A DNA stretch of 64,000 nucleotides, taken from the NCBI GenBank assembly GCA_013265495.1, contig MU057560.1, positions 3,346,909-3,410,908 on the forward strand, read 5' to 3'. The notes under the pieces are model-generated. The model was not told the DNA's origin and did no database searches. It saw only the letters and a list, made by a program, of their open reading frames with translations. Both the position numbers and the translations under genes were made by a program. Positions 1-13,341 of this stretch are shown piece after piece. The DNA is from Vicugna vicugna (lineage: Eukaryota). Positions within the stretch are counted from its first letter, which is position 1, and each line of letters begins with the position of its first letter.

Positions 1-540
1 TCATTGTCAACCCAGTTATTCCCTCACCCCACCCCACCCCCCACCAAGCTAGCATCCTTCAGGGACGGTCCTGGTGCTCAGGCCCCGAGAGCTTCCTTCC
101 TGCTGAGTGTGGGCTGGGCTCAGGGGCTTCCAACAACTGGCACAGAACGACAGGGCCACCTCACCATTGGGATGTGACCGTTTCTGCCCGTTTCCGGCTC
201 TGGTGGAGCAAGCCGCCAGGCTGGAGAGGCCAGAGCTGCAGGAGGCCTTCGGTGAGGAACTGAGTCCCGCCAACGACGCCTGGGATGACCGCCGCCTGCA
301 GTCCGGCCGATGGGGGCTGTGGCTGGGGACCCACGGGCCGGCCCTCAACCCTGCTGTGAGTCTGGACGTGCACCGGGCAGACGCGGGCAATCAGGGCCCC
401 TAAAGAGACGGTCCTGCAGACCCCACGACAGTGGCCGCATGGAGGTCTCGCAGGGCGGGCACGGTGGGAAGAGACAGACATGCTCTGATTTGACAACCTG
501 GTTCCGTGTCTCAGCTCTGCTTTTTTGAGTTTTGGTAAAA

Positions 541-585
541 CACTCAACCTCTCTGAGCCTCAGTTTCAGTGGGAAGAAGGGATGT
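541..585 (+). mobile_element. MIR SINE core fragment
   Basis: cactcaacctctctgagcctcagtttc resembles the conserved MIR core (acttaacctctctgtgcctcagtttcc), recalled from consensus. Confidence 0.5.
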
Positions 586-2438
586 TTTGACAAAAATTAG
601 AGGAAATCATGGAAAACATGACACTTTACCTGGGGTCTGGCATGCGGACGTTACTGAACAAATGGTAGCACACGGCGTTTGGTTTCACCCATCCCTTTAA
701 GTGCTTGCGTATCATCTAAGCAGATAACTTCCCTGAGGGCACAAACGAGGTCATACAAGACAAATCAGATAATAGAACATGGCAGTAGTTATTCCAGGAC
801 CCAGGGCTGTGTCGTTGCTTCTGTGTCCTCCCCACAGCGCCTGCAGTCCTGGCCGTGAGTATTTACTGAAGAACTAACATGAGTCTTCCAATTTGTTTTC
901 TGGGAAAGTCCTATGGAAGCATGAAGTCTGCAGGGGAGAAAAAAAATAAGATATTTGCCCTGAACTGTAAATGCAAAAGGGTATTTTAGCAAATGCAATG
1001 GCATGAAAATTGGAAAAAGCGATCTTCTTTCTGCCAGAACAGATGTGCCTGGCGCGCAGCCCACGTTTCGGGAACACAAGATGACGGCGGCATTGATTGC
1101 TGACACAATCGTGTGGTTTCTGAGAGCTCAGGATTGCACCTAAAGGTATGTGTTGCTCCAACTGTCTGCAGGTGTGTCATACTTAATTCATTAAAGATGC
1201 ATTTCAGAGTCATCTTGAAAATATTACCTCACTGATACGAGCCAAGTGTTGTCGGGAAGTGTGCCCTGCACGGTCCTGACCCACCTGGTCAGTGAAACCC
1301 AGTGTCCCCTGTGGCCTCCGCAGCTTCCAGGAGACGCGGGCAGACTGGCACTTGGGGGAAGCACCGCCGTCAGCTCACCTGGGAACTCCGACGTCCGAAG
1401 TGCCTTGGCCCCTGCTCAGCTCAAAAGCCCTCTTTTTTTTTTTCTCTTTTTGCCAAATCTGTATTAGAAAAGAATGACCGCAGTTGCAGTTTTAAATCTT
1501 CATGTATAGATACATGGGCATTTTGTTCTGTTTGGCTATATTTTTCATATAGAGAAAAATATTCCTAATACTTGAACCTGAATTGCGTTTTGGTGCAACT
1601 GAAGGATGAAACGGCAGGCCGACAAGGGAATTTCACTTTTTCAAACTTAACTCTTTCCTGGGACTAACGTGAGCAGCGGGAGGTCACTCAGGAAGCAGTG
1701 ACTTCTTTGCAAAAGGATAAAGCAGTCATTCTAAGAAACTAGAAGGCCGTATCTGCGAAACATCTTGCACAGAACTGTCTCCTGCACTTTCAGGCTATAG
1801 CTCAAGTCTGCTCTACAAGTAGAAGTGTCTCAGGGTTTTAGAAATTGTGAGTAAGATACAAACACCGTTGGGATCTGAAGCACTGGGAATTGTGAGTAGC
1901 CATTCCCGCGCAGCGTGGGTTTGCTTCGCAGGAATGCTGCCAGCTTTACGGCCCAGGAAGCCTCCTCGGCTCCCTGAGCAGGTCTTCCTGAAAATCAGGC
2001 TCTTCAGCCCCCTCCCCTGTGTTGCTCTGGGTGTCTGGGAGGGTGGCCCACACCCTCAGCCCCGCAGGTCAGGCTGTGCTGTCGCTGTGCCAACAGCATG
2101 CCCCGAGTGTCACCGCCTTCACTCGAGGAGCCCGTTTCCCCCGGCGGGAGGCCGTCCCAGGCTCCACGTCTGAAGCGGAGGGATGCGCACGTCTGGCAAG
2201 TTTCAGGGACGGGCCTGGTGTGGACGCTGCTGTACGTACACGCGTGTCCTCCGGTCGAAGACTTGGGAAACACAACCGTGCTTACAGACGCTTGTAAACC
2301 GAGCCAGGTGTTTCTTGGCAAATTGTATGTATAAAATATACATGTGTTAGTGTACTTAATCAAAAATACACAAATTCATACACAGATAATGGCCAAAACG
2401 TTCCAGTAATAATTATCTTTAAAACTGCAAGGACCTGG

Positions 2439-2812
2439 TGTAATACTGTGATGTTGTGATTTATAATGAGAAATATGCATTTGGTCTGAGTCCCAGCCGA
2501 CCTCTGACCCCCCAGGAGGGGAGCAGGGCGGGAGGCGGAGTTCAGTCACCACCCACGTTGGATGTGAAGGCCCCACAGGGACAGGAGCCCTGACCTGTTG
2601 GTCAGAAGCACAGGTGATGTCCTGGCCACCCAGGTGACAACTGAAGCGGGGGTGGAGGGGCTCTCATAGGACACAGCCCTTAACCCGCGTGGGGTCTGGC
2701 GCCATCTCCACGCGGACAGTGTCAGAACTGAGTTGAATGGGACACACGCAGCCGGCATCGAGAATCACTTGGTGGTGAGGAAAATCCGCAGCCCCTGGGA
2801 TTTGGTGTCAGA
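2439..2812 (+). mobile_element. MER21-like solo LTR, internally deleted
   Basis: Begins tgtaatactgtgatgttgtgatttataatgagaaatatgcatttggtc and ends atttggtgtcaga, both resembling MER21 termini as recalled. Confidence 0.6.
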
Positions 2813-3986
2813 ATTGGAAAAGTAGGTTAACTCTGTACCATTTCCTTTAGTTCTTTGTGCATTCACTCTGTATCGCCATTGTGTGGTTTCTGGGGGCAGA
2901 ACACGAGAAACCGCGGGCCCAGAAGGAGACCAGAGCATGTGGTGTCACCGTCTTCAGTGAGCTGGGCACGAGGCTACCATCCAGAGCACAGCGGGAAAGA
3001 GGACAGCTTGTCTTTCTGGGGAAACAGAAGAGGGCCAGTGCGCGAGCATGTTAATGAGAAGAGGTCTGGTGGTGTGAGAGGACAGTTCATTGAGCTGTTC
3101 TGCCAGTTTCATCACAGCAACTGCTGTGACTCCTATCAGCACGTTTTTGGTAACACCTAGAGTAGCGTGACTGTCGGTCATCTTTGATTATCGACAACAA
3201 GGGAGCCCAGACTTGGTGACCCAAGTGCTCTCGGAATGAAACCCAGCCAATCCACGAATCCAAACACAGCGCTCACTGCTGGGTGTTGATACACGTCGAC
3301 TCCTGTTTCTCCAAAGCCAGGTGAGGAAAGACATACTTGAACTCACTTTCATATGAACCACACACAGAAGTAAACTGCTGTCTGGCCCCATAATGGAAGG
3401 CGACGGGGGAGCTGTGACTTGCCCCCAGGGGCACAGCCGCCGGCTTACCGGGCAGGGAGTTGGCCCTGAGGCGGCCAGCGCGTTTCCACAGGCCGGCTCT
3501 GCCCCGCGGTTCCCAGTCCGTAAACCCTCCACCTGCCTTGTTTGGTGCTTCGTGCAGAAGCTGTACCCCGCCTGCACCCACAGGGCCTTGCTGTGTGACT
3601 TCACAGCCCCGTGTGCACACAGCCTGCTCACTGGCTCCGTCCTCAGTTGCAGAGAGCCGCTCGTGCCCGGGGTCAGCAGGTTTCAGCGTCCGTCTGCAGT
3701 GCTTCCCACGAGCCCCACATCTGCTCCGGGGCCGTCGGATGCCCCTCACCCTCGAGTCACAGCCTACATCCTTCCTCTCCAGGAGGGGTCTGCAAGGCGC
3801 ACCCACATCAGGGTCTGCCTCTGCTCACTTGGGTCCAGGGAGTCAGAAGTCGAGTCTGGAGAAAGAGGTGTTTCAAAGCCTAGTTCCATTTTTGTGATAA
3901 TCTTTAACTTTGGCAGTTTGAAAGGCCTATCTTGTAGTGATACTTAATAATTGATAGAATTAAAGAAATTTAGTCTTTTAGGCAAA

Positions 3987-4064
3987 CAGTTCTCAAATTA
4001 ATTAATTTGGGTGATTTCCCTACTTTTAAAGGGTGGGCACATCCCCCAGATTTGAGAAATGCTG
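3987..4064. mobile_element. Short hAT-Charlie (MER5/MER20-type) remnant
   Basis: Degenerate terminal inverted repeats cagttctcaaat ... atttgagaaatgctg, similar to CAGTGGTTCTCAAA-type TIRs. Confidence 0.35.
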
Positions 4065-6200
4065 ACTTCCAGACTCAGCCTGTGTCCTGGACAGGCCGCG
4101 TCTCGGCTCCTCTGACCAGGCCCTGAGTGGTCAGTTCTGCCCCAGCCCCGCTGGCCCCCAGCTCAGCTCAGCTCTCTCCCCGTCTGAAAACTCTTCCCCA
4201 GTGACAGCTATGGACGTGAAGCGATGACCGTGGAGACGCTGGGAGCCCCCGCCTGCCGCCCTGTGCGTCCTGATGATACTGCCTGACAGACTGTGTTCCG
4301 AGAAAGTGACTCCTCCTTTCCAGGCGACCTCCCTGGCTCAGGGAGGTCCGGGCAAACGCTGAAAGGGCTGGGAAACCAGACCCAGGACAGCACCTGCTGT
4401 TGCTGTGGGTGGGCTGGGGAGGGCTGCACTTCCGAAACCTTCTCCCCGGCATGCTCACAGACGTTCCCACGTTTGGTCTCAGAGTCCAGCAGGCTGCCTG
4501 GATGCTCGGCTGTGGAATGGACGGGGGACTGCAGGTGAGAAGGCGGCTGCACGACTCGCCCCTGGAGCTCGGACGGACGACAGGAGAAACTCTCTGGGGA
4601 CTCCCCATGTTGCCATGGGTGGGTTGGGGGCCTGTTTCACCCTGAGACCCCCTGGTGCTCAGATGTTGCTGAGGCCCCTGGAGGGGCTCTCTTGAGGGAG
4701 GCGTTTCCTGCAGGACCTGGCACGGCCGTCAGGAACCCCCCCCCAACAAGCCACGCAGCCCGCCCCCTCGGAAGGGAGGCCCAGGACAGCGCTCTGCAGC
4801 TGTCTCTCCTTCCTTCCTTTGCTGTCTTACCTGGAACCACACCACCTGTCTGTGCCCTGTGTCCCTTCCAGGTGAGTGTCGGGAACGAGGCTGGGGCGAG
4901 ACTCTAAAGTAGACGTCCGGCACCTGCCCCTGTGTTTCTCCTTTCAGTGAGTAACAGGCCTCAGACGTGGTGCTTCCCTCCTGGGGGAGGAGAGCAGGGC
5001 TGGCAGCTGTTCCGAGCGGAGGCGGCAGGGGGCACCAGCGCCTTTCTGAACACCACGCTGGTCCCACCGCCTCCAGACACGTGGACCTCGGTTTCCTGCG
5101 CCCCAGCCTGAGGCCTTCCGTGACTTCTTCGGTGTTTTCTCTGTAAAACTCTCCCACCCCGTCTTCCACGCCCTCCCGTCACCTGCAGCTCTGTCACCGG
5201 TTCCCAGTCTGGTCCCCGCCACACACCCGTCTATCCATCCATTTATCCCCTCCTCTGTCAATTTGTTGGTCCCCCAGGTCAGACCCACAGGGCTCCTCCC
5301 TCTGCGCGCTGGTACCAACGCCCCAAACACCTGCTTGGCCGTCCCACCTTCAAGTCTTGGTTGTGGAGTTTCCTGCAGATGAAGGACACTCCTCTCCTTC
5401 CTGCACCTGAGTTGAACTTGGCCTGAAGGCTTAGCTGACTCCCACCCGCTGGCTGCCCACCCCACCCCGACCCCGGTGTGGACCCCCAACCTGGTGAGGA
5501 ACTCCCGTGGGGCTCAAGTGCGGAGTCTAAGGTGGAGGTGCTTGATTTAGCCAAACCTGGTGCTCCCTCCATCCACGGGGCAGCCAGCCCCTCCCAGGGC
5601 TGCACCTGCAGACACCTCAGAATCGGGGAGAGTCCCAGAGCGGGGCGTTTCCTGAGAGACCCCCTCTGGGAGCCCGACATCCCGGATTCCCGCCCAACCA
5701 GGCCTGTGTCACAGCAGAGTCGGGGGCGTCCGCCCGTCCCCTGCACCCACTTCCCAGAGCACCTGCACTGGTGCTGCTCACCGTGGGCACGGCCGTGACC
5801 CTCTCCTCCAGCTCCCCCACCAGGGGCCACAGGACACTGGGACCCTGGGGCGCCATGCTCACCTCACATCCTGAATAAACAAGTCAGCCTTTCCTAGAAC
5901 AACACGAGCAGACATTCCTGTTTCTCACATTCTTCATTCTAACAAGACAGTTAATCCATTGATCGGTGAGACCCTCCCTTTAACCCCAACTCTAACTTTA
6001 GTTGTGAAAACACCCCATGAAGCTGAGAGTTTTGAAGACCAGTCGCGGCTGCTGGGGAAAGTACAGATTCCTTGGTTTTCCTGCTAAACACACGTGTACA
6101 GATGGCGTGATGCTCACAGTACTGCACAATCACGCTTACAGGCGTGAAGGCCAAATCAGTGGTTCATGTGAGGTTGTATCTCTTTAAACCTCTTTTAAAT

Positions 6201-6274
6201 GGAGGGACTGGGGATTGAACCCAGGACCTCGTGCATGCTAAGGACACGCTCTGCCTCTGAGCTATGTCTTCCCC
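6201..6274 (-). mobile_element. tRNA-derived SINE head, camelid-type
   Basis: Reverse complement ggggaagacatagctcagaggcagagcgtgtccttagcatgcacgaggtcctgggttcaatccccagtccctcc carries Pol III A-box and B-box (GGTTCAATCC). It is homologous to the copy at 56440. Confidence 0.85.
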
Positions 6275-8199
6275 AAGTGCCTTAGTTTTATGAAGCAAAA
6301 TGTATTCAACTACAGCTAAAATTATCACTTTAAATAGTAACCTAAAGATGCCATTTGAGAATAGGGTTATGAAGCTCTTTTTATTCACAAAATAAGGAAA
6401 GCCAATTTCATAGTGTAAGAGAGATTTTAGTCATTGTGAAGTAGCATGTAAATATAGTTTGACTTTTAAAAATCCAGTTCAGCAGCAGTAACACATTTAA
6501 TGTGTCAATGACAGATATTTAAGAGAGCAGATTTACAGTGTCAGTAATACAGACAGAACTGACATAAAGTGTAATGTTTCATGAAATTCTCACCCAAATA
6601 GGTGCCCTCAGCCCTTTGCAGTTCTCATCTAAACACTGAGTGTGTGGTGTGCATTTCGTTCTTGTGGTGAATGTTCAGGACAGACCAGTCGCCATCCCAC
6701 CTCACTCAGGACACCAGACGGGCCCCCTCGGGAGGGGCAGTGGAAGGAGCAGGGCGTGGCTGGCTCGGCCCCAGCGTAGGCGCCTCCCAGGAAGGGAAGC
6801 TGGCAGAACACCTCGGCTAAGATTCACCTTTGAACTCCGGCATTTGCCGCAGGAAATGAAGAAATGTGGAAATACGTGTAAATACAAGTACGTGTGTACA
6901 CGTGCCCTCCTGTGTCCAGTCAAATGGCTCCCTCCCCCAGTCCTGGGGGCTGGCCTCACATCCACCCCCGGCCTTCTAACCTCTGATGCCCATGGCAGGT
7001 CCGCAGCCCCAGACAGGACGCCACCCCGGCTCAGCTTGAGGTCCTGAGTGACTGCACCTCCGGTTAGTTCTGGGGGCGCCCTTCCACGCCTGGGGATATG
7101 ACCAGCAAAGCCCCTTTGAAGGTGGCATTGGTAACCTGGCTGACCACAGAGCAGGGTCCCGCAGCCCAGAGGGGTGACAGGGCAGGCCGGGCTGTGCCTC
7201 GGGCTGTGGGCCCCAGCCCTCACACCCAGACGGCTCAGTGATGCCCTTTGCCTGGTTCTCATCTTTCTACTGACGCATTGATGTGACTCATATAGAGCCT
7301 TCAAGACTACTAGTCGTTTTGTAAGTAGATCTTAAACCACCCATCTGATTAGTTTAATGGCATAAACATTTACATATATGTATTTTTGATGACTGCTGGG
7401 AATTTATTGTCTACTTGGTGCAAGGCACAGGGTTATGAGGTGCCAGCAAGGCTCTCGTGTGGCTTGGATAGTAAAGAGTGGGGTTCTCTCAACTTTCTTT
7501 TTGGCGTTTTGCTGTTTTGATATTAAAGAACCCAACTGTTTCTGTTGGCCGAAGCCTGCTTAGTCTCGGGGAGGGGAGGGGAGGGAAGAGAAGGGGGCGG
7601 GCTCCTGTGGGCCTAGCGCCTTGGAAGGGAGCCTGGCAGCTGGTGGCGGCCACTCAGGACGGGGGCCTGCTGTTCGTTTTGCCAGGCTGGCCACCAGGCC
7701 GCTGCTTCGCCCCGGCCTCCCGAGCCAGGGCACCGGTGATCGTGCTGGTGGAGGTCTGGGTGATTCCAAGTGCCCTGGGAGCTCCAGCACTGTGGCCCTG
7801 AGTGGGAGAGTGGGCTTCCCGAGAAGGCAGCTAGCCCACCAGTGTGCCGGGCCGGCTCTGGGGAGACCGAGTGTTGGGGGCTGGCTTCCCCGGGTGCTCC
7901 GCACTCCCGCAGGAGCTGGTCTTGGAAGTGGGGCTGGGCAGGCCCAGGTGGAGTCGGGGGTGGCCCCGAGGGAGCCGCAGGCTGGGGTGGCTGCCATGCT
8001 TTTGCTTGTGGGCTGTTAGAAAGCTAGGCGGCCACCCCTCACGGGCCTTGGTGCACAATCACAGGTGGCGGGGACGGGGACGCTAGACCACGGAGCCCAT
8101 TTGCAGAGGTGACCACGAGTGACAGCTCCATGACCCAGACGCGTGGGGCCTACTTATAGTCTTAAATTATTATTTTTCAGCCCTTAAAAAACCCTCTAG

Positions 8200-8610
8200 T
8201 TTGAGTACCTATGACTATAAATTGCCCTCTGTGTACTGTTTAGCTGTTTTCCAAAGATTTAATATGTGGTATTTTTGTTATTATTTATCTATACATATTT
8301 TTAAAATTTCTTTGATATGCTTTTCCTCTATGAGTAATATGTGTTGAAGTATTTAATTTACTTTACAAATGCTGTTTATGCTGTTATATGTTAAAATAAC
8401 AGTTTACTTCTAATTTCTAACAGTATTACTGTGGTCAGAAAAGTTTTATGTCTTACACTGAGTTTTTGTAGTGATTTCAACTTGTTTTATGGCCTGATAC
8501 GTGGTTAGCTCTGGAATGTTCCACGTGTGCTTCAGAACGTCTCCAAAACTTGACAGTGAGTTTTTGTGTGTATTAAGTCAGGACTGTTCATTTTGTTACT
8601 TAAATTATCT
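8200..8610 (-). mobile_element. Old L1M fragment (5' part of ORF2), minus strand
   Basis: T-rich; cttgttttatggcctgatacgtgg...gaatgttccacgtgtgctt resembles the antisense L1M endonuclease region. Confidence 0.55.
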
Positions 8611-8659
8611 GTAGCAAAATATAAACACAACACATACACATACAACAACAACAACAAAA

Positions 8660-10000
8660 CAATGTATCAAGACTAATTTAGGGTGATCCCAGAAAGGAGT
8701 AGATGGTTTTAACATTACAAACATATGACTGTGTGAAAATTGCTATCAGACTAAATAAAAACCATATGATCTCCTTAATAGATGGAGAAAGAACAGCATC
8801 TGAACAAAGTATACACCCATTTATGATTTTCTAAAATAACTCTTAGCAAATCAAAAGGACTAAACACCAGAAAACTAATGAAGGTTATTTACCAGAAAAT
8901 AGAGCAAACATTATAGCTGATTAGAAGAGAGACAGAGATGGCCGCTGACAGCATTTCTACTCGGCAGCGTGCTGTAGGTAGTGTCCCTCTTAGATAATAG
9001 TCCAAGACAAATAGAAGAGGCAAAGATTCAAAAAATAAACTGTTACTATTTGGAGATGATATGTTTGTTTGCTCAGTAAAACCAAGAGTCTACAGAGAAG
9101 AAAATTAGCACTTCTTGAAAAAGATGAAAGAAAAATCAAGGGATTCACTTATGATATTCATGGATAGAAACACCTATTATGAGAAAGATGCCTTCTGTCC
9201 CTAATGAATCTGTACGTTCTCTGTGGTTCTAATAAAAATCCCAGTAGGGTTTTACATGGGCTTTGAAAATGGCCCTTAAATTTTATGTAAACAAGAGAAT
9301 TCTGAAACCAAAATTGGCATGGCTACTTTTCCTACTAAGTGTCAAGATGTGTTAGAAAGGTGTGGTGAGCGATACGGCCCACAGAGAATTAGCTGCTACA
9401 GCATGGAGAAGTGCTGTAAGACAGTGCAAAATGCCGAGCCCGGTTGCTACAACGGGCAGAAGATAGCACACTTGTGCACAGATAAATACCCAGTGATAAC
9501 GATACTGAAGCAGGGGGCACTAGTAGTCAGGGTGGTGCACAGTAGAACTCCAGCAAGATGCCAGCCCAGAATCGCCACGCTCTGGTCAGTGTCTGGAGCC
9601 ATGTGGGACCATGAATGGATGCACAGAGTGTCAATGTCTCTGCCACCCAAGACACCGGTGAACAGCAGTGAGCGTGCGGCAGATTTGCACGTGCAGCGTT
9701 CCCCGCTGTCTGCGCTTCAAGGAACCTATCAGGCATATCCCAAGGAGACACATAGTCATCCTCTTGGCTGCATTATTTGTAGAAGAGAAACTCTGGAATG
9801 GAATGGAATGGAAAAATCTATCGCATTATATCCTTCGCAGAGAGCAGTAATATTTCATTATCATTAGATAGTAGTTTTTCTTAAAGAAAGAGTGTCAGTG
9901 ACCATTACAGGAGAATGGAAAAATCTATCGCATTATATCCTTCGCAGAGAACAGTAATATTTCATTATCATTAGATAGTAGTTTTTCTTAAAGAAAGTTA
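8660..10000 (+). mobile_element. Old L1M ORF2/3' remnant, plus strand
   Basis: Near 8757 translates as KNHMISLIDGERTASEQSIHPFM, similar to L1 RT [22 protein letters not shown]. A-rich and frameshifted. Track ORF 9319-9867 lies inside it. Confidence 0.75.
9806..9997. repeat. 85-bp direct duplication with 22-bp spacer
   Basis: 9806-9890 and 9913-9997 are identical except one base (gagcag versus gaacag). Confidence 0.95.
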
Positions 10001-10156
10001 TCCTAACTGAATTCTTCCAGATTTCAAGATATCAAATTATTGTAATTCAAAATTCCACTCCTAATAAAAGTATTTGTTTTATGCATTTTCCTGTTAGATA
10101 AATTTATGTTTTTTTCCTTTTCTTCTCTCCCCCCACCCCGCACACAGATGTGCGTG

Positions 10157-10176
10157 CACACACACACACACACACA
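10157..10176. repeat. (CA)10 microsatellite
   Basis: Read directly. Confidence 0.95.
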
Positions 10177-13100
10177 CTCTACAGTTATAAATGAAGTGAA
10201 GGTATCCCCTGTGCTTTAATTTTCCTGGAATCCAAGCAAACCAAACCAAACCAATATTCCTAACCATGCGGCGTCTGACGTGAGAAGATCTAGCACTAAA
10301 ACACAGGTGGCCACTTGCAGTAAGGGGCAAGGGGCTTTTTAATCAGTTTTTGTGGCCCTGGAGCTGCGGGCGGTGCCCAGACTTGTAAACAGTGACTCAA
10401 GAAGTGTGCGTGTAGGCTGTCTCCGCGGGCGGGGACGTGGGTGTCCCCATGAGCCCTACCCGGTGGTCCCCCAGCTCCATCAGCTGCGTCCTCCACCACA
10501 AGGGCGTTCTCCGTTCTCCACTGCACAAAGGTAAAGCCCTTCACGTAAGTGCCAGGAACGACACGCTGATTCGTCTCCCGACTTCCACACTTCAGCCGTC
10601 ATCTCTCCTCAGTTTTCTTTTAAGCAACACACATACTTCTCTCTTTTCAAGTCTTTTCAGTTTTCTACTGGGCTTATCTGTGTTTATTCTCTAATCAGGG
10701 TTTCTCTACACCTTACTTTTAATGTAGTTCTTTTCTAAAACATCGCTTTTCTCGGTGTTTTTGCCACGTCTGAATCTGGGGGCTGCTCCTGAAACGTGAA
10801 GTACTTTAGTGCACTTCACGTGATAAGTGTATCACTGTATGGATTACTCTCCTAATACTCAGGTGCTTATTTTCAGAAAAGCATCCAGCGTGGTTCGACG
10901 ATAAACATTGTTTTAATCATTAGCATAAACGTTACTTCCCATGGTCGCGGTCAGGCGTGTTATGTTCAGCGGCTGGCGGGACTGTCTTCCCAGGAGACGG
11001 AAAGCCCCAGGGGTGCAAGCCCCTGGGTCTGGTTCCCTGAGCACAGAATTCCCACTGGTGCCTCGCAGGGAGACGGGCGCTCCCGGACTTGTTCACAGCA
11101 GTTAAAGTCACCTCCTCCAACTGCGTGATCAGCGTGGACCCACTGCACAAGAGCCACTGAACCAAAAAACAAACCAGCAGAGGCCCGCACAGCAGACAGC
11201 AGCCCCGTGTTACTCGGGGCCCGTGTGTGTAACAGGCACACGGGGAGGCCGGCCCAGCCTGAGGACGGGGCTCCTGCGGGGGGGCCGGTGGCAGGATGGG
11301 GCCCCGTGTATGCCGTTCCTCCTCTTGTGTGCTGGGGCCGCGTGCGGTGGGTGAGGGACGCCGCGGGGGCAGGTCTCCAGAGAACTTAACACGTAAAGCC
11401 ACTGCAAGTCGGTGCTTTTCCAGCGCCTGCAACTCTAGGCAGTTTAAGGTTAACGAAGTGCGCTGTAAACAGTCGCCTTGGTCTAGTGGTTACCCAGGGC
11501 AGCTTCGCGTCCTACTGTGATGGGAAGTCACTTTGAGAACCCTGGTGAAGGCGGCCGCTCCCGGGGCCTGGATCGCAGAGTCCCCAGCCCTGAGTCCCCA
11601 GGTTTAAACGGCAGATCTGAAACCAGCCGCGAAGATAAAGCGAACGTGAGGACAAAGGACAACACGGGAGACCAGGCCTGGGATTCTGTGAACGAGGAGG
11701 GACAGCAAGAGAGTCCCAGGCACTCAAATGCTCCCGGCAGCTTCTCCACAAAGTGGACGCTCCCTCCTTCCAAACAGTGGGCCCAGTCATGTCCCTCAGC
11801 CGCGCTCCTCTGACGCCTGAGAAGGTGAGAACCTTCGGAGGTCTTACGGGACGTATCAGGAAGTGTGGCAGGTTCTCTGTGAAGACAGCTAGAATGGACC
11901 CCAGAGAAGGCCACACGGGTGGCGCCGCCGTGCCTGGAGCTCACTGAGACATGGGCTGTTCACAATCTCGACCCAAATTGTCTTAATGCTTAAGACGCTT
12001 CCTATCTGCATGTGTACCTGTTGCTTCATGCTCACAAAAAAATCCAAATTAAAACGATTGAACTGTGTTTTCTGACCCCGTGGGAAGATGGGCAGCTTTG
12101 GGCTGCATGTCCGGGAAGTGTGACCCACGGAGAAGGTCACCGATGCCGGAGCAGGTCACGGAGTCATTTGTGACTGTTGGTCCTCACAGACAGACCCTGC
12201 GGCACACCTGGCCACTACGGGGAAGTCCAGTGTTTACCATGCATTTCACCTTTTTTCAAAAATATGTCAGCATAATTAAATATTTAACACATTGTTTTTC
12301 CCTTTTATGTCTATGTTATTTATTAATTAAAAATTAATTTAGTGGCATAATTATAAATACAAAGTTCAGTAAAAGCAACCGGGGCTGTGCTTCTTTTCTG
12401 ACCACGATCATTTATTTTGTCTCCTGGCTATTTTGAAAAATAATTTGTTGATAGATGAGGAGTGTACTGAAAATCATCTGCTCTTGGTCAGAGACACAGT
12501 GCATTATTTTATTCTACCTCCACAAGTCGTAACTACTTCGTAAAGGCACGTTAGGAGTGTCAGCAGGCGGCAAGCAGGTTTCCTTAGGGAAGTGTGTCGC
12601 TGGGGCAGAGAAGTGGGACTACAGCTGCGCCGAAGTTGGGTCGAGACACACGTATACCTGTGTGTATGTTGTGCACATTTGATAGACAAGAGATACAGTA
12701 TGTTAAGTAGTTTCTAGAATTTTAAAGCTAGCTACAAACTAAAGCTTTAATAATTATTAATTAAAATTTTTGAGTGTTCTGCTTTATTTAAAGAGATAAT
12801 TGGTAAATATTCCAGTGTAACTTCATGTTTCACTCCTTCCTGGACATCCTGCTGGGAACACTGTCTGTAAATTACTATAACATAGTACTGCGGTCTATGC
12901 TGTAGAAATTTAAAGAAAGAAACTTAAATTTAAATATATATTCATACACATATATGTTCTGATTTTTTTTTCTGCTCACAATACATAAAGTTCAACCACT
13001 TTGAAATTACATGGTTTTGTAACCTTGGGAGTTTAGAGTTATTTAAAAATTTGTACAGTAATTACAATTTTTAAATATATTTATATCTGAACATTTGAAA

Positions 13101-13269
13101 GTTGGTTAATTGGAATGACCTGCCCCAGAGCTGCACCGTGATTCCAGAATTCCTCGGTGGCGTCTACTTTGGATTTCCGGCTGCCTTAGGGAGCCCCACA
13201 GCGTGGTCCAATGACACGACCTGTGTATGAAAACAGCCCCAGAGTCGCCGGGCCTGTGTCCAACATGCT

Positions 13270-13341
13270 GTGCATGCGTGTGCACATGTGTGTGCATGTG
13301 CGTGTGTTTGTGGTTTCTCTGTGTGTGTGTGTGTGTGTGTG
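13270..13341. repeat. Compound (TG)/(TGCA) purine-pyrimidine tract ending in (TG)11
   Basis: Read directly. Confidence 0.9.

Noticed and set aside
1038-1145. Plus-strand segment with good splice sites (tctttctgccag/ ... AAG/gtatgt)
   Set aside because: Stops in all three frames, so it is not an internal coding exon; it could still be a non-coding exon
6201-6274. tRNA gene (also the element at 56440)
   Set aside because: Degenerate cloverleaf; the 56440 copy has an A-rich tail and a TSD, so both are SINEs
9319-9867. 182-aa ATG-initiated ORF
   Set aside because: Lies within the decayed L1M remnant and runs into the 85-bp duplication
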